Assembly: GCA_003507445.1 (NCBI GenBank) | Contig: DNVR01000004.1 | Location: forward strand, 28,243-92,242 | Direction: 5' to 3' | Length of the DNA: 64,000 nucleotides | Origin: Candidatus Moraniibacteriota bacterium | GTDB taxonomy: Bacteria > Patescibacteriota > Minisyncoccia > Moranbacterales > GWC2-37-73 | Shown here: piece by piece, positions 46,520-56,014 of the stretch | Layout of the letters: each line of letters begins with the position of its first letter | Numbering within the stretch: the stretch's first letter is position 1 | Notes under the pieces: model-generated | Databases searched by the model: none | Told to the model about the DNA's origin: nothing | Seen by the model: the letters and a program-made list of their open reading frames with translations, nothing else | Translations under genes and position numbers: made by a program

Positions 46520-47779
46520 TTATAAACATTCCATGCCATCTAGATCAAACACGGGAATTTTTAAATTTTTAAAGACAATATTTCTTTCAGAAAATGAATC
46601 ATCTATAAATATTGACTCGGGTTTAATAAACCCAAATTTATGTTCATCATTTTCAATATGAATAATTTCAGCAAATAACTCTTTGGATATCTTACAATAT
46701 TCTAAGCTTTTATATATATCTCCCGAGTGTTTTGTTATTAGAAATACTGATTTATTTTTATTTAAACATCTATATATAAAAGCAATAACACTTACATTAA
46801 CATTTCCATTTTTTAATACCAATGTATCATCAAAATCAATATACACATTTTTATAAGATATATCCATCTTATATTTAGCACTTAAAGACCTATCAATCTC
46901 AATATTAAAATCATTTAACAATATAGAAACATTAACATCCATGAGATCATACAAGCTTAATAATGGTAGATTTACACCTCGCACCCTGGACAGAGACATT
47001 GTCCCAGCAACACGTGGAGAAATTTCCAGCAATACCAATTTACCATCTGCACGCTCTTTGAGTTGAAAAAACCAAACACCCCTAAACACCAACGTACTAT
47101 TTATCTTATTTGCTATTTCTAAAAATATCTCATTATTCTCTAATCGAGAATTTACACTAATACCATTTGATACGCGAACCCTCTCCCTACCTTGAGCAAA
47201 AAGTAAAACGCCTTCTTTGTTTGTAAAGCAATCAATGGTATATTCTTTGCCTGGTAAATATTCCAACAGCATTAGTGATGCATCTCTCCTTATTGAAAAC
47301 CTAACTTCTTCAATATTATTAGCTTTAAAAGTGCCCTTTGACCCCTGTCCGATATTGGGTTTCAAAAATATTGGGAATTTTAAATTATCTTCAATATTGA
47401 AAACGATGGGCGTGTCTATTATATTTTTAAATAATTCGTATGTATCTTTTTTTGATCTACAAATTTTACATGTCTTAAATGGAGAAGTTACTACAATTGC
47501 ACCTATTCTTTCTTGATTTTGTGAAAGATTCAAAACAACACTATCATGAGCAGGAAAAATAAAGTCAATTTTATACTTTTTTACAACTTCACAAATAGCA
47601 TCGATAAAATTATCATCCTCTACAAATGGAATTTTTGATATATAATTTTCATAAACAAAAAGACCATGGTCATCCACTGAGGATGCACCATACAAATTAA
47701 AGTCTTTTGAAAATTCCAACGACCTTCCTATTTCTAGCCCAATTTCACTTCCACATGGGAAAACTAATACATTTTTCAT
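46520..47779 (-). CDS. ATP-grasp domain protein with C-terminal HAD-like domain
   Basis: 419 aa with FPIFLKPNIGQGSKGTFKA (ATP-grasp central domain) and LLEISPRVAGT. The C-terminal VYIDFDDTLVLKNG is DxDxT. Confidence 0.55.
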   Translation of the reverse strand: MKNVLVFPCGSEIGLEIGRSLEFSKDFNLYGASSVDDHGLFVYENYISKIPFVEDDNFIDAICEVVKKYKIDFIFPAHDSVVLNLSQNQERIGAIVVTSPFKTCKICRSKKDTYELFKNIIDTPIVFNIEDNLKFPIFLKPNIGQGSKGTFKANNIEEVRFSIRRDASLMLLEYLPGKEYTIDCFTNKEGVLLFAQGRERVRVSNGISVNSRLENNEIFLEIANKINSTLVFRGVWFFQLKERADGKLVLLEISPRVAGTMSLSRVRGVNLPLLSLYDLMDVNVSILLNDFNIEIDRSLSAKYKMDISYKNVYIDFDDTLVLKNGNVNVSVIAFIYRCLNKNKSVFLITKHSGDIYKSLEYCKISKELFAEIIHIENDEHKFGFIKPESIFIDDSFSERNIVFKNLKIPVFDLDGMECL

Positions 47780-47788
47780 TAATTTGTT

Positions 47789-49327
47789 TTATTTTTTAAA
47801 TAAATCGCCAAGATTATTTACAACAATAGCAGGAAATGCATCTTGAGATATTTTTTCTAAATCTATCCTATTGGTTTCTCCTGATAAAACACAAACAAAA
47901 TCTATCCCAGCATTATCAGCAAGCCTTTTATCAGTATGCAGCCTGTCACCTACAATTGCCAACTTTTCTTTACCGTATTTTTTTATTTGTTTTTCAATTA
48001 ACGAAACCGATGGCTTCCCTAATATCATTTGAGGATAAAATCCGTTTGTTTTTTCTATAAGTGCCATTATTGAACCAATATCTGGAATTGGACCATTTTC
48101 ACTTGGGCAAAAGGAGTCTGAGTGAGTAGCAATATAATCTACTCCTTTTTTATTTAACAAAATAACCGCTTTTTTCAATTTATCATAAGTAATTTCATCA
48201 TCATAAGTTAAAATAACTGCTTGATTTCTATTTAAATCATATTCGATTGATACCCCAGGTAATTCTTTTTTAATGAATGATTTTACTTGTTTATTTGCAA
48301 TTAAATATAAAGATGTATACCGCATTGTCTTAATATAATCAATCAACGAAAAAAGTGGTGTGGTAATCTGATTTTCACTAACAGAAATACCAAACTTAGA
48401 TAATTTTTTAATGTAATCATTAGGAACTTTTGAAGTATTATTAGTTAAATAATAGAAATCAAAAATGTTGTCATTCTCTCTTACAAAATTTACAGCACCT
48501 TCTATCGAAGTATTTCCTATACAAAGAGTGCCATCTATATCGCAAATAAAAGCTTTTTTAGCTCCATAATTAAATCTGGAAAAAATTTTATCCGCTACTG
48601 ATAAATCATCTAGATTATCAATTTCAACCCAATTATATTTCCTTACATCAAAAGGCAGAACATTAACAATTCTAAATAAAACAGGGAATGAAACTTCTGT
48701 CCACTGATTTAAGTCCTTCTTGATCTCAATAAATTCACCAATTATTTTTAACAATAACTTTGCAGATTGGTAGCTATATTTATATAAATCTACTGAAACA
48801 CCTGCCGACTTAGAAGGTGAAATATTTTTAGAAATATCTACTATGTTTCCAGATTCAGAAAGTTCAATTTTCATTGATTCCTCTATATATACTCCCCTTT
48901 TTATAGCAATTGCATTATCTAGACCACAGTTTACGAATTCGTATATTAATTTTTCATCATAAACACAATCAGCGTTATTTATAAATAATGTATCGAATTT
49001 AGATTTACCTTCATTTATATATTTTAACGCAATGTATAGAGAATACATATTATTAGTAGTTCTATAATTACTATTTTCCAAAATCTTAACTTTTGGATAT
49101 TTAAAATTAATATATTCATTTATCTTATCAGAAAAATATCCTGCAACAATTACAATATCTTCTTCTCTTAGCCCAGCTTTTAGGTATCCATCTATTTGAT
49201 ATTCTATTATTGATTTTCCACCCACGCACACTAAAGACTTTGGCTTAATATCCGTAATTGGTGCAAGCCTACTTCCAATACCCGCAGCAAGAATTATCAC
49301 TTTTTTATAATCTTTCATCTTTGACAT
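47789..49327 (-). CDS. bifunctional sugar/alcohol-phosphate nucleotidyltransferase (LicC/GCD1-like) + HAD-IIA phosphatase
   Basis: 512 aa. The N-terminus VIILAAGIGSRLAPIT is a nucleotidyltransferase G-loop. The C-terminal half carries FICDIDGTLC ... GKPS ... VGDRLHTDKRLADNAG, which are HAD-IIA motifs. Confidence 0.65.
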   Translation of the reverse strand: MSKMKDYKKVIILAAGIGSRLAPITDIKPKSLVCVGGKSIIEYQIDGYLKAGLREEDIVIVAGYFSDKINEYINFKYPKVKILENSNYRTTNNMYSLYIALKYINEGKSKFDTLFINNADCVYDEKLIYEFVNCGLDNAIAIKRGVYIEESMKIELSESGNIVDISKNISPSKSAGVSVDLYKYSYQSAKLLLKIIGEFIEIKKDLNQWTEVSFPVLFRIVNVLPFDVRKYNWVEIDNLDDLSVADKIFSRFNYGAKKAFICDIDGTLCIGNTSIEGAVNFVRENDNIFDFYYLTNNTSKVPNDYIKKLSKFGISVSENQITTPLFSLIDYIKTMRYTSLYLIANKQVKSFIKKELPGVSIEYDLNRNQAVILTYDDEITYDKLKKAVILLNKKGVDYIATHSDSFCPSENGPIPDIGSIMALIEKTNGFYPQMILGKPSVSLIEKQIKKYGKEKLAIVGDRLHTDKRLADNAGIDFVCVLSGETNRIDLEKISQDAFPAIVVNNLGDLFKK

Positions 49328-50589
49328 ATATTTGTATGATATCTTATTAACTCCACAACTCTCTCACTATTATCGCCATCAATATGCTCATAAAATAGCT
49401 GCCTAGCGAGCTTATATTGAACTGTGTTTATTTGAATATTTTTTTTAAGCTCATCTTCAACTGAATTCAAAATATCCTCAAATTTCGATAAAATTGGACC
49501 AGGAAACACCGTGCCCATATCATAAAGTAACCCGCGTTGCTTTTCTTCGTAATGTTTTTTATCGTATGCAAAGCTAAAAACTGGTTTATTTACATACAAG
49601 GCATCCAAAAAAAGCGAAGAATAGTCCGTAATAAAAATATCAGAAAATCTAACAACTAAACCAGCTTCATCAATAACTGATTGTCCTAAATCAAAAATAT
49701 ACTCGTTATCAATAAATTTTTCAATATTACACAATTCGGAACTATTTCTATAATAATGAAGACGTACTCCCAAAACAGCATTGTTTCTTTTTAAAAAATT
49801 TACCATTTTTTTTATCTCATCGTCTGAAAATTGATAGTAGACAGATCCAGAGACTGCAACCTCTTTATACGTTGGAGCATAAATGATTAATTTTTTATCG
49901 CCTTTTATTTGTAAAATTTTATCACTTTGAGTTTTGTAATTTTGAGAAAGGAGCTCCAACGCCTTAACTAAATAGTCGTTTCTAGGAAGTCCTGTTATCC
50001 AAATATTCTGGGGCTTAATCGGATAAAAACAAGCACCCATAGCATAGCTGTCGATTGAAGAAGACGCGATCAATCCAGTATAAAAACTTCTCTCTTTTTT
50101 TATTTCTGATACATTTTCCCCAATTTCAGAAGGAGAAAGATGCTGAATTTTTTTCAATGGTATACCATGCCAAAGGTTAACAATGATTCTTTTCTTAAGA
50201 TTCATTTTTATCACGTTATGATTCCATCTTTCTGAAAAATTCATAAACACAGTATGGTCGCACAAAACAACACCTGACTGCAAAAGAAGCATCAAACCTT
50301 TAGCAGAAAACATATTAACTATTTCAGTGTTTTCATAGTTATCAATATTTAAATCTATTTCATCTGAAATAGTAAAGATAATTTTTTTAATACTAATATT
50401 ATTCTTAACAAATTCAAAAACACCCCTCGTGTTCCCCATGAATTTACCTCTTTCTATGAGATGACAAGGAAAGGCCCAGTAATTATTTTTTTTAGGCCAA
50501 AAATAATCAAGTATTCTAAATACTAAGAGTAAAAAGGGGATTTTAATTTCATTTTTTATTATCATGCTATATCCAGATTTAACAAACAT
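49315..50589 (-). CDS. CDP-glycerol/polyol-phosphate transferase, TagF/TagB family
   Basis: 424 aa with NLWHGIPLKKI and LIIYAPTYKE (YAPTFR motif), characteristic of teichoic-acid-type glycerophosphotransferases. Confidence 0.65.
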   Translation of the reverse strand: MFVKSGYSMIIKNEIKIPFLLLVFRILDYFWPKKNNYWAFPCHLIERGKFMGNTRGVFEFVKNNISIKKIIFTISDEIDLNIDNYENTEIVNMFSAKGLMLLLQSGVVLCDHTVFMNFSERWNHNVIKMNLKKRIIVNLWHGIPLKKIQHLSPSEIGENVSEIKKERSFYTGLIASSSIDSYAMGACFYPIKPQNIWITGLPRNDYLVKALELLSQNYKTQSDKILQIKGDKKLIIYAPTYKEVAVSGSVYYQFSDDEIKKMVNFLKRNNAVLGVRLHYYRNSSELCNIEKFIDNEYIFDLGQSVIDEAGLVVRFSDIFITDYSSLFLDALYVNKPVFSFAYDKKHYEEKQRGLLYDMGTVFPGPILSKFEDILNSVEDELKKNIQINTVQYKLARQLFYEHIDGDNSERVVELIRYHTNICQR

Positions 50590-51683
50590 TCATTTATTGT
50601 CGCACATATTATTTCAATATTTTTCATCTCCAGTCCATAATACAGCGGTAAACATAAAATCCTTAACGAGATATCCTCTGAAACTGGACAATGTTGTTGA
50701 TTCTTGAGATATGTAAGAGTGTTTAAAGATGGATAAAAATATCGCCTAGGATAGATATTTTTATCATTTAATTTTTTCATTAAATGCAATGTTTCAACTT
50801 CATCTTTCAAAACGATAGGATAATAGGAATAATTATATTCCACCTCACATGGAATCATCATTTTGTTAACCACGTCGGATAATAAGTAATCGTAAGTCTC
50901 GGCGATTTCTTTTCTTGATTTTATTATTTTTTCAACATATTTCAAATTGCACAATCCCATTGCCGCTTGAAATTCCGATGCTTTTGCGTTTATTCCCAAA
51001 CAAATGTATTTGTCGTCATGATGCCCAAATCTTCTTGTAAGCTCAATTTTTTCACTAATTTTTTTTTCTTTTGCTATAATACAGCCACCCTCAATCGTGT
51101 GAAACAATTTTGTTGCATGAAAACTACACGTTGAAATATCTCCATAACTCAACAATGATTTACCTTTATAATTAACACCAAAAGCATGTGCACCATCATA
51201 AATAACCTTCAAATTATACCTCTTCGCAATTGATTCAATTTTTTCAATATCACAAGGGATTCCAAAAACATGAACTGCCAGAATTGCTTTGGTATTTTTC
51301 GTTATCGCTTTTTCTATTTTTTCAGCATCAATGCAAAAATTATCAGAATTAATGTCAACGAAAACTGGAGTACATCTCTCCCATAATATCGCTGAAGTTG
51401 TGGCAACATATGAAAATGGCGTAGTAATGATCTCTCCCTCAACTATATCTAGAGCATTTAGCGCCAATTGAATAGCAATTGTTCCATTTGAAACAATATG
51501 CATATCCTTTACCTTTAAATATTTTTTCACCTTTTCTTCAAGCTCATTCAGTAGCATTCCTTGATTAGTTAGGTGGCAAGAATCCCAAATACTATCTAAA
51601 TATTTCTGATATTTAGACATTGGGGGAAGAAAAGATTTGGTTACATAAATATTTTTCATTTTATTACAATATTTTTCATCCAT
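50562..51683 (-). CDS. DegT/DnrJ/EryC1-family PLP-dependent sugar aminotransferase
   Basis: 373 aa with SNGTIAIQLAL and SFHATKLFHTIEGG, which carries the PLP Lys. It follows the ABC ATPase gene directly. An alternative start is 51659. Confidence 0.8.
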   Translation of the reverse strand: MDEKYCNKMKNIYVTKSFLPPMSKYQKYLDSIWDSCHLTNQGMLLNELEEKVKKYLKVKDMHIVSNGTIAIQLALNALDIVEGEIITTPFSYVATTSAILWERCTPVFVDINSDNFCIDAEKIEKAITKNTKAILAVHVFGIPCDIEKIESIAKRYNLKVIYDGAHAFGVNYKGKSLLSYGDISTCSFHATKLFHTIEGGCIIAKEKKISEKIELTRRFGHHDDKYICLGINAKASEFQAAMGLCNLKYVEKIIKSRKEIAETYDYLLSDVVNKMMIPCEVEYNYSYYPIVLKDEVETLHLMKKLNDKNIYPRRYFYPSLNTLTYLKNQQHCPVSEDISLRILCLPLYYGLEMKNIEIICATINECLLNLDIA

Positions 51684-52919
51684 TTAACTGTTCCATGAGT
51701 GTTTAATATCACAAAAACCTCTGTAGCTATTTTTTATTCCACTTGAATATATCTTTAATACCTTGTAACTCAATTTAAGATCATAAGGGTTTATTTCAAT
51801 ATCCTTCCAGCATCCAACATTGATAATGTATTCCCCTTTCAAAATTGGCAAATCATTAAAGTGTAGCACGATACTATTTTTAGTTTTATCTACATCTATA
51901 TTATCCATTTGTGTATTATACCCAAAAATTTGACCTCCAGATACCGCATGTAAACCTATTCCAAAATTAAGCTCTTTAATTTCACCATGAATCTCAAAGT
52001 CAATTTTAATATCCAATTCATCACCAGTTTCGAAAACACTTTTATCTTTACCATTTTTATCTAAAAATTCCACTCCCGTAATTTCAACAATTTTATTAGA
52101 ATTAGATTTATCAACTTTACCAAAAACAACAACTTTCTTTTCTTTTTCTGCTTGTTCATCGCTAATTCTTTTTTCTTCATCTGACATATTTTCATAAACA
52201 TATTCATTAGCCACATCAATAGCTTTCCCTATTTTCAATATTTTTCCGTTTCGAAGAAGCATCGCTCGATCGCAATATTTTTCAACAACCAGGGTATCAT
52301 GTGTCACCAAGATCACAGTTTTGCCTTGATTTTTGTATTTTGTAAATTCTCTAATACATTTTGACTGGAAATTATTATCGCCCACTGCCAGCACTTCATC
52401 CATCAGCAGAATCTCGCGGTTGGCGTGAATGGAAACGGAAAAAGCCAGGCGGACTTGCATACCGGAGGAATAATTTTTGAGTTTTTGATCAATAAAACGT
52501 TCCAGTTCAGAAAATTTCACAATTGAATCAAATTTCTTGTCAATTTCTTTTTTGGTCAGACCCAAAACCGTGGCATTAAGATACACATTGTCGCGACCAC
52601 TTAGTTCTGGATTAAAACCAATTCCCAATTCCAAAAACGGCGAAATCCGCCCATCAATTTCCACACTCCCCTTGTCAGTCTGATAAATCCCAGCCAGAAT
52701 TTTCAATAGCGTGCTTTTCCCACTCCCATTTCGCCCAATAATCCCAAAAAATTCCCCCTTCTTCACCTCAAAGCTAACGTCATCCAACGCCTTAAATTCC
52801 TCATAGCCCTTATTGCGGCTAAATGCGCTCACGGCTGCGCCACGCAAAGAAGACACCTTCTCATGAGGAATTTTGAAGGTCTTTGAGACGTTTTTGACGC
52901 TGATTGCTATATCATTCAT
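51684..52919 (-). CDS. wzt: ABC transporter ATP-binding protein, Wzt/TagH-like with C-terminal extra domain
   Basis: 411 aa with Walker A GRNGSGKST, signature YSSGMQVRLAF and Walker B LLMDEVLAVGD. A beta-rich C-terminal domain of about 150 aa resembles the Wzt carbohydrate-binding domain. Confidence 0.8.
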   Translation of the reverse strand: MNDIAISVKNVSKTFKIPHEKVSSLRGAAVSAFSRNKGYEEFKALDDVSFEVKKGEFFGIIGRNGSGKSTLLKILAGIYQTDKGSVEIDGRISPFLELGIGFNPELSGRDNVYLNATVLGLTKKEIDKKFDSIVKFSELERFIDQKLKNYSSGMQVRLAFSVSIHANREILLMDEVLAVGDNNFQSKCIREFTKYKNQGKTVILVTHDTLVVEKYCDRAMLLRNGKILKIGKAIDVANEYVYENMSDEEKRISDEQAEKEKKVVVFGKVDKSNSNKIVEITGVEFLDKNGKDKSVFETGDELDIKIDFEIHGEIKELNFGIGLHAVSGGQIFGYNTQMDNIDVDKTKNSIVLHFNDLPILKGEYIINVGCWKDIEINPYDLKLSYKVLKIYSSGIKNSYRGFCDIKHSWNS

Positions 52920-52987
52920 TGAAGTTGTTCGGTTAATGAGTTAACGCGTTAACGAGTTTGCTAGACTCATCTTACGAGTTAAAGGGT

Positions 52988-53377
52988 TTATTTTTTGATA
53001 AATTCTTTGTTTTGCTTTTTCTCAACTAAATATGCTATAAATTTTCCAATCTGAGCTGACAATATTTCCAACTCTTTATTTGTTTTTTCGAATTCAAACT
53101 CAGTAATATATTTTATTGCAAATGCTATGTGAAGTTGATTTCTAACCTCTCCTGCAGAACCTTTCGCGATTCTTAAAAAACGCGCGAACTCATTATTGTT
53201 GTTTTTCTCAAATCCTTCTACTATGTTAGAACTAACGGAAACAATAGCTCTCCTTATTTGATCGCGCAATCCAAAATCTCTAGCAAAATCTTTTTCTGAC
53301 GTATAATCGTAAATTACTTTTGTTATTCTTAAACTATCCTTCCAAATATTCAATTCTTCAAATTTTTGTATTTTCAT
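52988..53377 (-). CDS. four-helix-bundle protein (TIGR02436 / Avd-like, so-called 23S rRNA intervening-sequence protein)
   Basis: 129 aa. KIQKFEELNIWKDSLRITKVIY ... ARFLRIAKGSAGEV is typical of this family. It is flanked by 11-bp perfect inverted repeats gttaacgagtt (52948-52958) and aactcgttaac (53378-53388), plus GTTAACGCGTTAAC palindromes. Confidence 0.7.
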   Translation of the reverse strand: MKIQKFEELNIWKDSLRITKVIYDYTSEKDFARDFGLRDQIRRAIVSVSSNIVEGFEKNNNNEFARFLRIAKGSAGEVRNQLHIAFAIKYITEFEFEKTNKELEILSAQIGKFIAYLVEKKQNKEFIKK

Positions 53378-53544
53378 AACTCGTTAACCCGTCAACACGT
53401 TAACTAAATAATAAATAAACTTTGGACTTCCTTAGTCATTGGAAATTTAGATTTAGGATTTTATGGTTATTCTTGACGCTAATGGCAATATTATCTTCCA
53501 TCTAAATATTGTAGCTTATTTTTTAATTCCATTCCAGCTTTTTC

Positions 53545-54585
53545 CTATTTTTCAATATTTTTAAATTTATAGTAAGTCGCTTTTCCATTTCCCTGTTTTT
53601 CAATAATATTCAAAGCTATCAGCTTTCTAAAATCAAGATTTCTTGTTGGCTTTGCCCTATCAATCAATTTTGCATAGTCACGATCACTGATAAAGCCATG
53701 TTTTTCAATATATGCGATAATTTTTTTATGATAAGACTTCAACTCATTTTCTGGAGATGCAGTTTCTTGGTTCAGTTGCTTTTCAACCCTAAGCAGCTCA
53801 TCAATGATTCCATCCGTAAAATATTCAAGCCAAGAAGTGAAGTCTATGTCATTTTTAATGTCATAATAGTTGCCAAGTAAACCAACTTCTTGAAAATATT
53901 TGCTCACATTTTGATTGTAATAATTTTCAAAACTGAAAAGATTGAACGTGTTGAGACCCATCTTGGCAAGCAACACCTTTGTTGCCAAGCGGGCAGTTCG
54001 TCCATTTCCATCAATGAAGGGATGAATGATGACAAATTGTTTATGAAAAATACCCGCCAAAATCAATGGATCGATTTTATTTTCATTTTTAATCACATAT
54101 TCAAAAATTTCATTCATCAATTTTGGCACTTCCAAATGTTCAGGCGGAAGATAGACCGTTTGACGAGTTTTTGGATTGTTGACAAAAACTGGCTCCTGCC
54201 TCAATTTCCCTGACCTATTTTTTTCAATCAAATCCTGAGTGACAGTTTTTTGAATTTTCAAAATCAAAGACAAGTCGAAAATCTGCTTTTCATCGGCAAT
54301 CAATTCATTCAATTCAATCAATGCCTTATTGTAGTTCAAAACTTCTTTTTCACTGTCGCGAATATGTTCGGGCTTATTTTTCAAAATCCTCTTTACGTCA
54401 GTGAGCGGCAATGGATTACCCTCAATACTCGTGGAAGAAAAAGCTGATATTTCTCTTGCTCTTTTTTCCAGTTCAGCCAGAATTACGCCAGAAAAACTCC
54501 GACTGTTCAGGCCAGTGACTATTTCCGTTATTCTTTTAATATTGGCCAATAACTGACCAGAAATGATATATTTTGGATGAAACAT
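53545..54585 (-). CDS. Fic/DOC-family protein (AMPylator-type, class II with N-terminal inhibitory motif)
   Basis: The core motif HPFIDGNGRTARL (HPFx[DE]GNGR) is present. The N-terminal STSIEGN matches the (S/T)xxxE(G/N) inhibitory helix, and a C-terminal winged-helix-like domain follows. The track start 54591 is TTG; the first ATG is at 54585. Confidence 0.85.
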   Translation of the reverse strand: MFHPKYIISGQLLANIKRITEIVTGLNSRSFSGVILAELEKRAREISAFSSTSIEGNPLPLTDVKRILKNKPEHIRDSEKEVLNYNKALIELNELIADEKQIFDLSLILKIQKTVTQDLIEKNRSGKLRQEPVFVNNPKTRQTVYLPPEHLEVPKLMNEIFEYVIKNENKIDPLILAGIFHKQFVIIHPFIDGNGRTARLATKVLLAKMGLNTFNLFSFENYYNQNVSKYFQEVGLLGNYYDIKNDIDFTSWLEYFTDGIIDELLRVEKQLNQETASPENELKSYHKKIIAYIEKHGFISDRDYAKLIDRAKPTRNLDFRKLIALNIIEKQGNGKATYYKFKNIEK

Positions 54586-54599
54586 TAGCAATTTTTAAA

Positions 54600-54790
54600 T
54601 CATGTTATATAGACTTATTATAGACGATTGATAGACGATTGTCAACCCCACATATCCCCGCCAGAATTTTCAAAAGGGTTGATTTTCCACTCCCTTTTCG
54701 CCCAATAATCCCCTGCCTACCAAACAAGCAGACAAAAAATTCCCCTTCTTTATACTGTTAAATCCTCGCCATAGCTTGTTCTGGAAATTT
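54600..54790 (-). pseudogene. relic fragment of a second wzt-like ABC ATPase gene (Walker A region only)
   Basis: The minus strand encodes GIIGRKGSGKSTLLKILAGI, about 85% nt-identical to wzt 52690-52760. A 21-nt insertion and a frameshift follow, with a stop shortly after. The fic promoter is embedded in it. Confidence 0.5.
54617..54645 (-). promoter_or_regulatory. sigma70 promoter, perfect consensus TTGACA-17-TATAAT driving fic
   Basis: Minus strand reads ttgaca atcgtctatcaatcgtc tataat. The -35 is at 54640-54645 and the -10 at 54617-54622, about 31 nt upstream of ATG 54585. Confidence 0.55.
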
Positions 54791-54828
54791 TGCTTGATTT
54801 TGTTTGATATGGCATCATATTAACCTTA

Positions 54829-55422
54829 TCATATAACAAAAAACAGCACTTTGCAATCCGAGGCAAAGAAAAAAGGAAGAACGAAAATTCGTTCTCCCTT
54901 GTATTTACTCTCCAAAAATACCCTGCTTACTACCTTCGCGGCACCTCCTCGATGATGATTTTTTTTATGTTTTTTTTGTATTTCTTCGTTGGCATCATCA
55001 CGAACAGAAATGGCTTCAAGAATTCGAGATCTGCCAGAAGAACTCATGCTCCACAAAGAAATTCGAAGTGCATTCAGTTCAACTTTTTTACCGTCCTTGA
55101 AAATCTCCTTGAGTAGTAGTATGAACTCCTCCAGTGATTCTTTCAATATCTCCATATCGATTTTTGGATCTGATATGGAAATTTTCTCAACAAGTAGTTG
55201 AAGCAGCTCTTTGAGATTTTGAATCTTTGGCGAATCCTGTACCCTATTGATCTTATTTTGATCTGTCAGGGATGAAGGAAATGCATCGGGGTTGAATTTG
55301 TACGAATTAACATCGCCTGTTTGCGGTGCAAACCCTTTTTCTCCCGGCACTAAACCCTGAGCACTACGAAGCGTTAAATCCTCTCTTGTTGACAAGTGAA
55401 CGTTCTGATTTGGCACTGACAT
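54829..55422 (-). CDS. hypothetical protein (GC-richer than window average)
   Basis: 197 aa with no recognisable domain. It is about 40% GC by eye versus about 31% for its surroundings. Confidence 0.35.
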   Translation of the reverse strand: MSVPNQNVHLSTREDLTLRSAQGLVPGEKGFAPQTGDVNSYKFNPDAFPSSLTDQNKINRVQDSPKIQNLKELLQLLVEKISISDPKIDMEILKESLEEFILLLKEIFKDGKKVELNALRISLWSMSSSGRSRILEAISVRDDANEEIQKKHKKNHHRGGAAKVVSRVFLESKYKGERIFVLPFFFASDCKVLFFVI

Positions 55423-55590
55423 TGCTTTTCTCCTTTTTTCAGTTTATTTTTCTGCAATTCTGCAGAGTTCTTGGCAGATTTCTTGTTGTTAAAACTACCA
55501 ACTTACCATCCCTTTTTATACAGCATTTTCAAGAACCTGTCAATAGCAAAAAAGGCAGGTTGAATAATTCAAACAAAAACAATTCTTGTC

Positions 55591-55989
55591 TTATTTGTTT
55601 TTCTTCAATTTTCGGGAAGTCAAAATTATTTGAACAAGGCTAATGATGACGAAGAGTGCTGAAGAGAAAAATGCTACGGTTCCCTTTTCAATTGGGAAAA
55701 TGAAATTATGCGAATATGAAGGTGATATCAAAATTACCAGCATTGAAAGCGGAACCCAGATGCGAGCAAAACGCCACCAGGATTGGAAAATTTTATCCTG
55801 CATTGGGTATGTGATGAGAGAGAAGATAAAAAGAGTAATTGTTGGGAAAAAAACAAATGCCACTGAATCGTCATGCGATCTGCTGCAGATTAAATTTATC
55901 AAACAAAGACCTTTCACTGAAATAGTTATCGCAACACTAAAAATTATTGCCCCGCAAACACTAAGAAATAATACTCTTTTTTTTGTCAT
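55591..55989 (-). CDS. small membrane protein (3-4 TM), hypothetical
   Basis: 132 aa and hydrophobic, located immediately downstream of the giant secreted protein gene. Confidence 0.4.
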   Translation of the reverse strand: MTKKRVLFLSVCGAIIFSVAITISVKGLCLINLICSRSHDDSVAFVFFPTITLFIFSLITYPMQDKIFQSWWRFARIWVPLSMLVILISPSYSHNFIFPIEKGTVAFFSSALFVIISLVQIILTSRKLKKNK

Positions 55990-56014
55990 ATATTTATATC
56001 AATATTTATTAAAG

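Noticed and set aside
52988-53377. The Avd-like four-helix-bundle gene as part of a diversity-generating retroelement.
   Set aside because: No reverse-transcriptase gene and no template/variable repeat pair are recognisable in the window. The flanking IRs are short GTTAAC palindromes, not TR/VR.
31494-54591. Track start codons at 31494, 32645 and 54591.
   Set aside because: These are TTG in the sequence. Nearby in-frame ATGs (31512, 32621, 54585) with better promoter spacing are preferred, although TTG initiation cannot be excluded.
54600-54790. Walker-A encoding stretch upstream of fic as an intact small ABC ATPase gene.
   Set aside because: Only about 25 codons are in frame (GIIGRKGSGKSTLLKILAGI). 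A frameshift and a 21-nt insertion sit upstream, a stop follows immediately, and there is no Walker B. It is a gene relic.
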